The notes beneath the pieces were generated by a model, which searched no databases, had not been told where the DNA came from, and worked only from the letters and a program-made list of their open reading frames with translations. From NCBI GenBank assembly GCA_944361835.1, contig CALVTI010000041.1:1-35824 (forward strand): DNA of 35,824 nt. The letters are read 5' to 3'. This document shows positions 8,590 to 16,481 of this stretch, one piece after another. Each line of letters starts with the position of its first letter. Within the stretch, counting starts at the first letter, position 1. Made by a program: the position numbers and the translations under genes. Source of the DNA: an uncultured Clostridia bacterium. GTDB taxonomy: Bacteria; Bacillota; Clostridia; Christensenellales; UBA1242.

Positions 8590-9515
8590 AAATATTTTTC
8601 CTCCAATATTCCAAGAAGCAAACTGTCTGCTATAAGCCCGAGATTGCAGTTTGCCTTAAATTGTTTTTTAGCTAGGTTTATTCTTTCAAAAATTTTGGCC
8701 ACGGTAAACTGATTATATTCCGCCTCAAGCCCTTCAAGCGCCGAGCCCTCTACATCTCCCATGTTTACAAACAAAAGTTCGTCAAAGCAGTTTTCAAGAA
8801 TATTTAGCCTGTTTTCAAAGTTTAGCTTTTCACTAAATTTTGAAGCATAGCTAAGCACATCTTTTGAGGTCTTCATGTCCCTTATGATGGACACGGCCAG
8901 TTTGTAGTCCGCCATAAAACTCTCGTCTTTTTGAAAAGAAAGCGCTTTCCCGAGATATCCTTCTGCGCTCTTTACAGCAAGAGGGCTAGCTTCTCCACAT
9001 TCTCTCTTCAAAAAGCTCTCAATAGCGCTATCGCTCAGTCTTTCAAGCTCCAAGATTTGCGTCCTAGATTTTATAGTAGGCAAAATAGAGTTTAAGTCAG
9101 TTGTCCAAATAAAGAAATAAACATTTTTAGGAGGCTCTTCAAGCGTCTTTAAAAGTTTGTTTTGCGCTTGAGGCGTAGAGCGAGAAAAGTTGTTTAGAAT
9201 AAACACTTTCTTTTCGCCAAGAAGAGGCTTTACATTGGTCTCCTCTTGAATACGAGAAGCATCGCTGACCAAAAAGTTGTCTTTTTCAGGAAAGACCAAG
9301 ACGTCTGGATGCGTGCCACTCAAAACTTTTACGCAACTAGAGCACTCACCGCAAACATCATCACACAAAAGTTTTAGAACCATAAGCGTAGTCATTCGCC
9401 TCGCCGTCTCTCCATCTTTGCAAACCACCATAATGGCGTGAGAGAGCTTGTCTTCATCTAGCATAAGACAGTATCTTTCAAAAAATTTTGTGTTTTTAAG
9501 CTCTTCGTCAATCAC
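8580..9515 (-). CDS. holB: DNA polymerase III delta' subunit
   Basis: LSHAIMVV, the zinc module CGECSSCVKVLSGTHPDV, NKLLKTLEEPP and SRTQ motifs. GTG start without an SD. Confidence 0.75.
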   Translation of the reverse strand: MIDEELKNTKFFERYCLMLDEDKLSHAIMVVCKDGETARRMTTLMVLKLLCDDVCGECSSCVKVLSGTHPDVLVFPEKDNFLVSDASRIQEETNVKPLLGEKKVFILNNFSRSTPQAQNKLLKTLEEPPKNVYFFIWTTDLNSILPTIKSRTQILELERLSDSAIESFLKRECGEASPLAVKSAEGYLGKALSFQKDESFMADYKLAVSIIRDMKTSKDVLSYASKFSEKLNFENRLNILENCFDELLFVNMGDVEGSALEGLEAEYNQFTVAKIFERINLAKKQFKANCNLGLIADSLLLGILEEKYLCK

Positions 9516-9521
9516 AGGAGT

Positions 9522-9550
9522 AGTTTAGCACAAAAAAAGTTAAATAACAA
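9522..9550 (-). promoter_or_regulatory. Putative promoter abutting the holB start codon
   Basis: The minus strand reads TTGTTA (9550-9545), 17 nt, TAAACT (9527-9522) with an extended TG (TGcTAAACT). Only 6 nt (actcct) separate the -10 box from the GTG at 9515. Confidence 0.45.
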
Positions 9551-9567
9551 CCTTTTCGCCTCAAGCT

Positions 9568-9598
9568 AAAAGCGAGAGCTTTAGGCGCTCTCGCTTTT
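9568..9598 (-). terminator. Hairpin terminator of the plsC-like gene, overlapping its stop codon
   Basis: aaaagcgagagc (9568-9579) and gctctcgctttt (9587-9598) form a perfect 12-bp stem with a 7-nt loop and flanking T/A runs. Confidence 0.6.
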
Positions 9599-10399
9599 AC
9601 TTTTTTCTTCATACACTTTGACAGCGTCACTTTCGACGCCATAAAACTCATTGGCACAGTCCACCATAGCTTTTCTCACTTCTTCTAAAAGTTTTAAAAG
9701 CCTTTCTTTTGCACCGAGACTCTTGTCAGGATACACTGGAGGCAAAATCTCTATGGTCACTTTGACTTTTCTATGCACGAGCTTGTCTAGCTTTGATAGC
9801 GGCCTAAACAAAAGCACTATAGGCACGACAGGCACATTATATTTCACAGCATAATGAAAGGCTCCGTTCTTAAACGGCCTAATCTTTTTGTACTGCACCC
9901 AAAGCGACTGCTCAGGATAGATATGGCCTATACACCTCTTTTTCAAAATCGTCTCAATGGCCTTGTCAAAATTTTTCTGGGCTGTAAAAGTTGAGCCGAG
10001 CGGAAGAAGCCCTCCTGCTTTGAGAGTAAGCCCAGCCAGGCCTTTTTTAGAATTGTTTGTCGAGCCGACAAAATACATCTTATGCCACCTCAGCGCCTGC
10101 CTTACTATGAGATTGTCGACAGTTAGAACGTGGTTTGAGACGCTCATCGCGCCCTTTATGCCCTTCAAATTTTTTCTACCTTTTACTTTTAGTTTGCAAT
10201 AAAAGTAGTTAAAAATTGGACTAAGAACGAAGAGCAAAGACCTGATGATGCCATTGTAGATTTTCATGAAAAAATTGTTTGATAAATATACATAGTTTTC
10301 GTCTACTTTTTTGACGTAATCCATGTTTACTTTTTTTACATCTTTATCAAACAAAGCTTGGCTTTCGTATTCTTCAATTTGCTTATCGTATTTAGTCAT
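9581..10399 (-). CDS. 1-acyl-sn-glycerol-3-phosphate (lysophospholipid) acyltransferase family protein
   Basis: HX4D acyltransferase motif (SNHVLTVD), a downstream YPEQS-type block, and an N-terminal hydrophobic segment. Confidence 0.7.
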   Translation of the reverse strand: MTKYDKQIEEYESQALFDKDVKKVNMDYVKKVDENYVYLSNNFFMKIYNGIIRSLLFVLSPIFNYFYCKLKVKGRKNLKGIKGAMSVSNHVLTVDNLIVRQALRWHKMYFVGSTNNSKKGLAGLTLKAGGLLPLGSTFTAQKNFDKAIETILKKRCIGHIYPEQSLWVQYKKIRPFKNGAFHYAVKYNVPVVPIVLLFRPLSKLDKLVHRKVKVTIEILPPVYPDKSLGAKERLLKLLEEVRKAMVDCANEFYGVESDAVKVYEEKSKSESA

Positions 10400-10431
10400 C
10401 TGTCATATTTTACTTCATTTGTCATATTTTA
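10397..10431. repeat. Tandem direct repeat catNtgtcatatttta (two copies, 19-bp period) in the glmS/plsC-like intergenic region
   Basis: Copies at 10397-10412 and 10416-10431 share an identical 12-mer, tgtcatatttta (10401-10412 and 10420-10431). On the minus strand each copy reads TAAAATATGACAnATG. Confidence 0.85.
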
Positions 10432-10441
10432 GCAAAACATT

Positions 10442-12184
10442 TTACTCAACTGTAACGCTTTTTGCTAAGTTTCTTGGTTTGTCTGGGTTAAGATTTTTTT
10501 CAAGCGTCATATAGAAGGCTAGAAGCTGGAACGTTACGACCGAGCTAAGAGGCATAAATTTTTGTGGCACCTGACAAAGCTTTAAGCTATCATAGACTTC
10601 ACAAGGCGGATCAAACTGACTCACAAACACGACTTTCCCGCCTCTTGAAGAGATTTCGTTTATGGTGTTTTTGACCTTCTCCATGCCCTTTTGGCTCGTC
10701 TGCAAAACTATGGCTATGGCGTCTTCGTCTATGAGAGCGAGCGTGCCGTGCTTGAGCTCGCCAGCTGGCAAAGCGACAGCGTTTACAAGCGAAATCTCTC
10801 TTATCTTAAGCCCAGCCTCGAGCATATTTCTATAATCTTCGCCTCTCCCTATTAAAAACAGCTCTCTCTTTTTGATGAGCTTTTTAGCGAGCTCTCTAAT
10901 TTTTTCCTCGTCTGGAAATTTAAAGCCTGAGATGAGCCCTTTTAAAGACGGAGCCACTCCTTTAATGTGACAAGCTAGCATATAGAATATTACGACTTGG
11001 GCGGAGTAGGCTTTGGTCGAAGCTACGCCCACCTCTCTTCCTGCGCATATAGGAAGATAAGCCTTGCACTTTTTAGAGATAGTGCTGTATGGCACATTTG
11101 TTATGGCGAGCGTCTTAGCTCCAGCAGCTCTGGCCTTTTCGACAGCAAGAAGCGTGTCTGCTGTCTCTCCGCTTTGGCTAACAAAAATGCAAAGCATATT
11201 TTTATTAAGTTTTGGAGGCTCGGCGTTAAATTCGCTAGCGATATAGCAGTTTATTTCTTTCATAGCAGCCTCTTCTAAATATTTTTTACCAATGAGGCAA
11301 GAGTGATAAGCCGTCCCACACCCAATGAGCTTTATTTCATCAAAAGCGCCAAGTTTGTCAAATTTATTAAATATTTTTAAATCTTTATATTCACAATTTA
11401 TCCTTTTAAAAACATCAATGGTCTCGTGAATTTCGTCTATCATATAATAATTTGAATTATTTTTCCTATTTATTTCTGTTTTTTCTAATTTTGTTTCTTT
11501 TTTATTTATTTTTCCATTTTTATTGAATAATTTGAAATTATTTAAATTTATTTCACCAAATTCTCCATCATTTAATGAAATAAAATTTTTACCACTAAAG
11601 ACAGAGGTGTCGCTTGCGACTCTTACAGAGCCCTCGTCATAGCTAAAATAAAGCGGACTTTTATTTTTTATAATAAAAAGTCTGTCTAAATAATTTTTGT
11701 TTATTGCTACAATGGCGTAGCTCCCCTTAATCTTTTTTAAAACCTCTCTTATGCTGTCTATAGGGTCTACAAATTTTGTCCTCTCAAGAAGATTTGCTAC
11801 AACCTCTGTGTCTGTTTGGCCATAGAAATGCACGCCTTTTTCTTCAAGCTCAGCTCTCAGCTCATCGGCGTTTTCTATTATGCCGTTGTGGACTATCATC
11901 CAGGTCTTACCCTCTGAAATATGCGGGTGACAATTTTCAAGGCTCACCCCGCCATTTGTCGCCCACCTTGTGTGAGCTATAGCCATCTCTGCTTTTATTG
12001 GAGAAGAAAGCTTCTCTTTAAGACGAGCGACCTGACCCACGGTCTTTTGCGTCACGGGCTGACCGTTTTCAACATAACCTATCCCTGCCGAGTCATAGCC
12101 TCTATACTCCAGTTTCTCGAGCCCCTCTATGAGCTCTTTTCTCATATCAAGCCCCTTCCCAATAATGCCTATAAGTCCACACAT
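10442..12184 (-). CDS. glmS: Glutamine--fructose-6-phosphate aminotransferase (isomerising)
   Basis: N-terminal MCG nucleophile (MCGLIGIIG), SIS-domain motifs (GCGTAYHS, SQSGETADT) and the canonical C-terminus KPRNLAKSVTVE. GAGGTGG RBS. Confidence 0.95.
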   Translation of the reverse strand: MCGLIGIIGKGLDMRKELIEGLEKLEYRGYDSAGIGYVENGQPVTQKTVGQVARLKEKLSSPIKAEMAIAHTRWATNGGVSLENCHPHISEGKTWMIVHNGIIENADELRAELEEKGVHFYGQTDTEVVANLLERTKFVDPIDSIREVLKKIKGSYAIVAINKNYLDRLFIIKNKSPLYFSYDEGSVRVASDTSVFSGKNFISLNDGEFGEINLNNFKLFNKNGKINKKETKLEKTEINRKNNSNYYMIDEIHETIDVFKRINCEYKDLKIFNKFDKLGAFDEIKLIGCGTAYHSCLIGKKYLEEAAMKEINCYIASEFNAEPPKLNKNMLCIFVSQSGETADTLLAVEKARAAGAKTLAITNVPYSTISKKCKAYLPICAGREVGVASTKAYSAQVVIFYMLACHIKGVAPSLKGLISGFKFPDEEKIRELAKKLIKKRELFLIGRGEDYRNMLEAGLKIREISLVNAVALPAGELKHGTLALIDEDAIAIVLQTSQKGMEKVKNTINEISSRGGKVVFVSQFDPPCEVYDSLKLCQVPQKFMPLSSVVTFQLLAFYMTLEKNLNPDKPRNLAKSVTVE

Positions 12185-12254
12185 ATCCCACCTCTTTCGT
12201 TTCAGTATATGAAAATGATTAGTTCCGTTGTTAAAACTGTGATATAGTTATAAC

Positions 12255-13115
12255 ATGAAATGTGATATTTGTCCAAGAGATTGTAAGGCAGAAAGAAATG
12301 AAGAAAAAGGTTATGGCTTTTGCGGAGAGAGCGCTTGCTTAAAAGTGGCAAAGTCATGTCTTTTTATGTACGAAGAGCCATGCATAAGCGGAACCAAAGG
12401 GAGCGGGTGTATATTTTTTAGCGGATGCACGCTCAGGTGCGTCTATTGTCAAAACTATGAGATTTCTCAAGAGAAAAAAGGAAAGCTCATAACTGTCTAT
12501 GAACTAGCTCAAATTTTTAAAAATCTTGAGGAGCAAGGCGCTCACAACATAAACCTCGTAAACCCATCTCACTTCGCTGAAAAAATAGTAGAGGCATTAA
12601 AAATTTTTAGACCTTCTATTCCTATCGTCTGGAACACTCATGGCTATGAAAAAGTTGAGACACTAGAAAAAATTTCGCCATATGTGGATATATTTTTGAC
12701 AGATTTAAAGTATTTTTCGAGTTTTTCTTCAAAAAAATATTCAAATTGCGAAAATTATTTTGAAATTGCAAAAAACGCAGTGATAAAAATGACCGAGCTC
12801 AAGCCAAACAAATTTTCAAAAGACGGCCTTATGAAACAAGGCGTCTTAATAAGACACCTCGTCTTGCCTCTTCATTCAAATGACAGCCTTGAGATAATTA
12901 GGTTTGTCAAAAAAAATTGCCCTAAGGCTTTCTTTAGTCTTATGGCCCAATATACTCCAATGCCAAACTGCAAAAGCTATCCTGAAATAAATAGAAAAAT
13001 CACGGAGAGAGAATACAACAAAGTAAAAGAGGCCTTTGTGGCCTCAAAAGTCAAAGGTTATGCTCAAGAGCTTGACTCTTCTAGCATGAGCTTTATTCCT
13101 GACTTTGACTCTTAG
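12255..13115 (+). CDS. Radical SAM protein, PflX-like (pyruvate formate-lyase activase-related family)
   Basis: N-terminal Cys cluster MKCDICPRDC...FCGE and the radical SAM CxxxCxxC motif (CTLRCVYCQN). Confidence 0.8.
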   Translation: MKCDICPRDCKAERNEEKGYGFCGESACLKVAKSCLFMYEEPCISGTKGSGCIFFSGCTLRCVYCQNYEISQEKKGKLITVYELAQIFKNLEEQGAHNINLVNPSHFAEKIVEALKIFRPSIPIVWNTHGYEKVETLEKISPYVDIFLTDLKYFSSFSSKKYSNCENYFEIAKNAVIKMTELKPNKFSKDGLMKQGVLIRHLVLPLHSNDSLEIIRFVKKNCPKAFFSLMAQYTPMPNCKSYPEINRKITEREYNKVKEAFVASKVKGYAQELDSSSMSFIPDFDS

Positions 13116-13950
13116 GTTTTTCGACATAAATTATGACACAGCCATTTGGCCCAATGTGAGTGCCGACTACTCCACTCACATTTTCGATGGCGATAATTTT
13201 GTCACTGACTAAGTCTTTTGTCTCTTCGATGAGCATCTTACACCTTTCGTCTTTCATGGTGTAGCCATAGTATGTACCGTAAGACTTATCTACCTCGCTC
13301 TTTTGAATGATATTCTTGACTGCAGAGAGCGCCATTTTAAAACCTGGCTTTTTGGCCAAGATTTTGGCTCCGCCCTCATCATCTACAGAAAGAATTGGCT
13401 TTATATTTAGAATATTCCCAATGAAAGCACCTATAGAGCTGAGCCTACCTCCTCTTTTTAAATACTCTAGCGTGTCGATTATAGCGAGTAGTCTTATTCT
13501 ATGTCTGAGCTCGCATAAGATGCTATAAATTTCTTCTCCAGAATGGTCGTCTTTGAGCCTTAAAGCCTCGTTTACCAAAAACCTCATGCTGCCTATGGTC
13601 GAAAGAGAGTCCACAAGATATATTTTTTCATAACCAACCTCTTTTTTTATGGCGCTAGCTGTGGCAAAGGTTCCCGAAAGTTTTCCTGAAATGAGCACCA
13701 TGACGAGCTCATCGCCTTTCTTTTTTACGTCTTCAAAGAGGTCATAAAAATATGACGGAGCTGGCTGGCTCGTAGTCGGGAGTTCTTTTGACGAAACTAG
13801 TTTTTCATAAAACGCCTCTTTAGTCATCTCTATGTCATCGACAAAGCTTTCTTCTCCAAAGTTTATTGAGAGTGGCACAACTGTCACTCCTAGTTTTTCA
13901 CCCTCCTCCATAGTTATACCAGAGGAAGAATCTGTAGCAATCCTAACCAT
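13093..13950 (-). CDS. DegV-family fatty-acid-binding protein
   Basis: VRIATDSSSG...VVPLSINFGEESFVDD and the later GTHIGPNG block are typical of DegV. AGGAG RBS 5 nt upstream. Confidence 0.85.
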   Translation of the reverse strand: MVRIATDSSSGITMEEGEKLGVTVVPLSINFGEESFVDDIEMTKEAFYEKLVSSKELPTTSQPAPSYFYDLFEDVKKKGDELVMVLISGKLSGTFATASAIKKEVGYEKIYLVDSLSTIGSMRFLVNEALRLKDDHSGEEIYSILCELRHRIRLLAIIDTLEYLKRGGRLSSIGAFIGNILNIKPILSVDDEGGAKILAKKPGFKMALSAVKNIIQKSEVDKSYGTYYGYTMKDERCKMLIEETKDLVSDKIIAIENVSGVVGTHIGPNGCVIIYVEKPKSQSQE

Positions 13951-13960
13951 AACTTCTCCT

Positions 13961-14677
13961 TTATTTTTTAAACAGACAAAAATATTCTATGTTTCCATCT
14001 CCACCCTTTATTTTCGAAACAGCGGTATTTAAAAGTTTAAACCCTACGCTCTCGTAGGCTGAAATGACTTTTTTTAAAGCACTTTGCCTAACTTTGTCAT
14101 CTTTTATAACCCCGCCATGGCGTCTAGCTTCAGCTTTTCCACATTCAAACTGTGGCTTTACTAGCGAGACGACAAGCGTGTCATCACTTGAAAGCTCAAA
14201 AATCTTTTTAGCTATCAACGTCTGGGAGATAAAGCTCACATCTATAGTTATGAAATCAAGTTTTTCCTTGGTGACAAAATTTCTTATATCAGTTTGTTCA
14301 AGGTTTACAACTCGCTTGTCGTTTAAAATTTTTGGAGCAAGCTGAGAAGAGCCCACATCGAGCGCGAAGATCTTTTTTGCATTTTTAGAGAGCATATAGT
14401 CGCAAAAGCCTCCTGTTGAAGCTCCCACGTCTAGAACCACCTTGTCAGTAAAGTCAAGCCCAAACTCCTCGCTTGCACCCTCAAGCTTTTCACCAGCGCG
14501 CGAGACATAACTCTTAACTTTTTTTATTTCTATCTTAGGCTCATCAAAAAGCGAACCTGCCTTTGTGACAACTTCTCCATTTACGACTACAGAGCCTTCG
14601 CTTATGAGGAGCTTTGCCCTTGAGCGAGTTTCTGCTAGACCACTTCTAACCAATAAATTGTCGAGTCTTTCTTTCAT
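13961..14677 (-). CDS. tlyA: TlyA-family rRNA (cytidine-2'-O)-methyltransferase (S4 domain plus FtsJ-like MTase)
   Basis: S4-like N-terminus RLDNLLVRSGLAETRSRAKLLISEGSVVVNG and the SAM motif LDVGASTGGF. Confidence 0.8.
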   Translation of the reverse strand: MKERLDNLLVRSGLAETRSRAKLLISEGSVVVNGEVVTKAGSLFDEPKIEIKKVKSYVSRAGEKLEGASEEFGLDFTDKVVLDVGASTGGFCDYMLSKNAKKIFALDVGSSQLAPKILNDKRVVNLEQTDIRNFVTKEKLDFITIDVSFISQTLIAKKIFELSSDDTLVVSLVKPQFECGKAEARRHGGVIKDDKVRQSALKKVISAYESVGFKLLNTAVSKIKGGDGNIEYFCLFKK

Positions 14678-14770
14678 GCGTATGATAATAACACCTATTA
14701 TTATAAAATAAAAATAAAAGCAAAAAAATATTTTTTACTTTAAAAAATTCAATTTTTTGCAATTTTTTGT

Positions 14771-15808
14771 CTAATCTTCGTTTTCTTTTAAAATTTTGTT
14801 TCTAAGCTGGCCGCACGCGCCCTCTATATCTTCGCCCATAGTGCGCCTGACTGTAGCAGAAACACCACACTTTTCTAGCCTTGCCATAAAGGCGTAAGCG
14901 TGTTTTTTAGAAGAGCCATCTAGCCCTCGCTCTTTTACTGGATTTAGAGGAATGAGGTTTACATGAAGAGGAAAGCCTTTAAGCTGGCTTGCTAGTTCGT
15001 CAGCTTGGCTTAGGCTGTCATTTAGGCCTTTGATGAGCGCATATTCAAATACGACTCTGCGCCTGGTCTTAAGAGCATATTTTCGGGTCGCCTCGATGAG
15101 CTCGCTGTAGCTGTAGCGACTAGCTATTGGCATTATGCTTTTCCTAATCTCATCGTTTGGAGCGTGCAACGAGATAGTAAGAGTGACATCAAGATTTTCG
15201 CCTGAGAACTTTTCTATTTTATCGACAAGCCCACATGTCGAGATAGAGATGTTTCGAGGCGAAATGTTTATCCCGTCGGCGCTTGAGACTAGCCTTAAAA
15301 ATTTTACGACATTATCATAGTTGTCAAACGGTTCGCCACTGCCCATCAAGACAACATTTGTGATTTTTCTATCCTTTATAGTTCCACCAAGGAGAGCATT
15401 TATGACCAAAACTTGAGACAAAATCTCTCCGCTTTCAAGGTTCCTCACAAGGCCGTCGAGGCCTGAGGCACAAAACTTACACCCCATTCTGCAACCGACT
15501 TGGGTCGAAACACACAGCGTGTAGCCATATTTATATTTCATCAAAACGCCTTCAATGAGGTTTCCGTCGCAAAGCTCGTAGACAAACTTTTGCGTGCCGT
15601 CGCTACTTTCTAGCCTTTTAAAAAGCTTTATAGGCTGGTCTACAAACTCTTCAAGCAAACGCTCTTTAAGAGCTTTTGGCAAGTTTGAAATTTCGCTTAT
15701 CGCCTTGCCGTGATAGACTCCGTCATAGACTTGTCTTGCTCTAAACTTTGGCTGGTCTTTTAAAAGCTCCCCCATCTCCTCAAGGCTCAAACTACTCAAA
15801 ATTTTCAT
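14771..15808 (-). CDS. rlmN: 23S rRNA/tRNA (adenine-C2)-methyltransferase RlmN (radical SAM)
   Basis: CRMGCKFC radical SAM motif, MGSGEP, and a C-terminal GACGQL motif. GGAGAGAG RBS. Confidence 0.9.
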   Translation of the reverse strand: MKILSSLSLEEMGELLKDQPKFRARQVYDGVYHGKAISEISNLPKALKERLLEEFVDQPIKLFKRLESSDGTQKFVYELCDGNLIEGVLMKYKYGYTLCVSTQVGCRMGCKFCASGLDGLVRNLESGEILSQVLVINALLGGTIKDRKITNVVLMGSGEPFDNYDNVVKFLRLVSSADGINISPRNISISTCGLVDKIEKFSGENLDVTLTISLHAPNDEIRKSIMPIASRYSYSELIEATRKYALKTRRRVVFEYALIKGLNDSLSQADELASQLKGFPLHVNLIPLNPVKERGLDGSSKKHAYAFMARLEKCGVSATVRRTMGEDIEGACGQLRNKILKENED

Positions 15809-15826
15809 ACTCTCTCCACTAGAAAT

Positions 15827-15855
15827 ACTTTAATACAATACAAAAAACTTGTCAA
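15827..15855 (-). promoter_or_regulatory. Putative promoter of rlmN
   Basis: The minus strand reads TTGACA (15855-15850), 17 nt, TAAAGT (15832-15827). Confidence 0.5.
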
Positions 15856-15877
15856 ATACGAACTTTTATTATTTATT

Positions 15878-15905
15878 TTGCCAAAAATCTTTTAAGTGTT
15901 ATAAT
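15878..15905 (+). promoter_or_regulatory. Putative promoter of the ftsL-like/pbp operon
   Basis: TTGCCA (15878-15883), 16 nt, TATAAT (15900-15905) with an extended TG (gTGtTATAAT). A strong GGAGG RBS follows at about 15924. Confidence 0.55.
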
Positions 15906-15936
15906 ATTCATAAATTAAAAAAAGGAGGAGTAAAAT

Positions 15937-16476
15937 ATGTTGGAGCCAAAAAAAGAAGAGTCAGCTCGAACTGCTGTGGCTGAAAAAGAAGAGCAAGAAG
16001 TCAAAAATATAAAGATGCTCAAGAGCGAAAAATATTTTACAGGCACGACGATTGAAACTCCAAACTACGACTACATTGAGGCGTCTTCGCCTTCAGGCGA
16101 AGAAGAGGAAACCGTTGAGGTTCAGCCTAGAAAGAGCCCTAAATTTCGCTTGAGACTCATTACGGTGACTTACATAATCATTTGCGCCATTTGCGTGAGC
16201 TGGATCATCTCAAACGCTGTGCAGATGAATTCTGTCAGCTCAAATATCAGCCAGACGACGACAGACTATGAGGTAAACCTCTTTGAATACACGACAAAGC
16301 TCGCACAGCTAGACAATGTTCAACCGAGCGAAGATGGGACGTCGCTAAACCCTATCGCTCCTGAAAACATCTTCGGCCTCAACCCAGAACCACTAACCGA
16401 CCCTGTAGAATATTCTGTCGAGACGAGCTGGTTTGACAATTTCTGTAATTGGTTATCTAGCATCTTTGGAGGCTAA
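15937..16476 (+). CDS. Single-pass membrane protein in the FtsL position of the dcw cluster (FtsL-like candidate)
   Basis: 179 aa with an acidic cytoplasmic N-terminus, one TM segment (LITVTYIIICAICVSWIISNAV) and a roughly 85-aa C-terminal part. It lies immediately upstream of the class B PBP, and its last codons carry the GGAGG RBS of the PBP. Confidence 0.55.
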   Translation: MLEPKKEESARTAVAEKEEQEVKNIKMLKSEKYFTGTTIETPNYDYIEASSPSGEEEETVEVQPRKSPKFRLRLITVTYIIICAICVSWIISNAVQMNSVSSNISQTTTDYEVNLFEYTTKLAQLDNVQPSEDGTSLNPIAPENIFGLNPEPLTDPVEYSVETSWFDNFCNWLSSIFGG

Positions 16477-16481
16477 AATTT

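Noticed and set aside
11400-11600. Strikingly AT-rich stretch inside glmS that looked like an insertion or foreign segment
   Set aside because: Translated, it gives NKNGKINKKETKLEKTEINRKNNSNYYMIDEIHE. This aligns in position with the normal linker between the glutaminase and SIS domains (the E. coli region around ...YRHYMQKEIYEQP). The total length is not inflated, so it is compositional drift and not an insertion.
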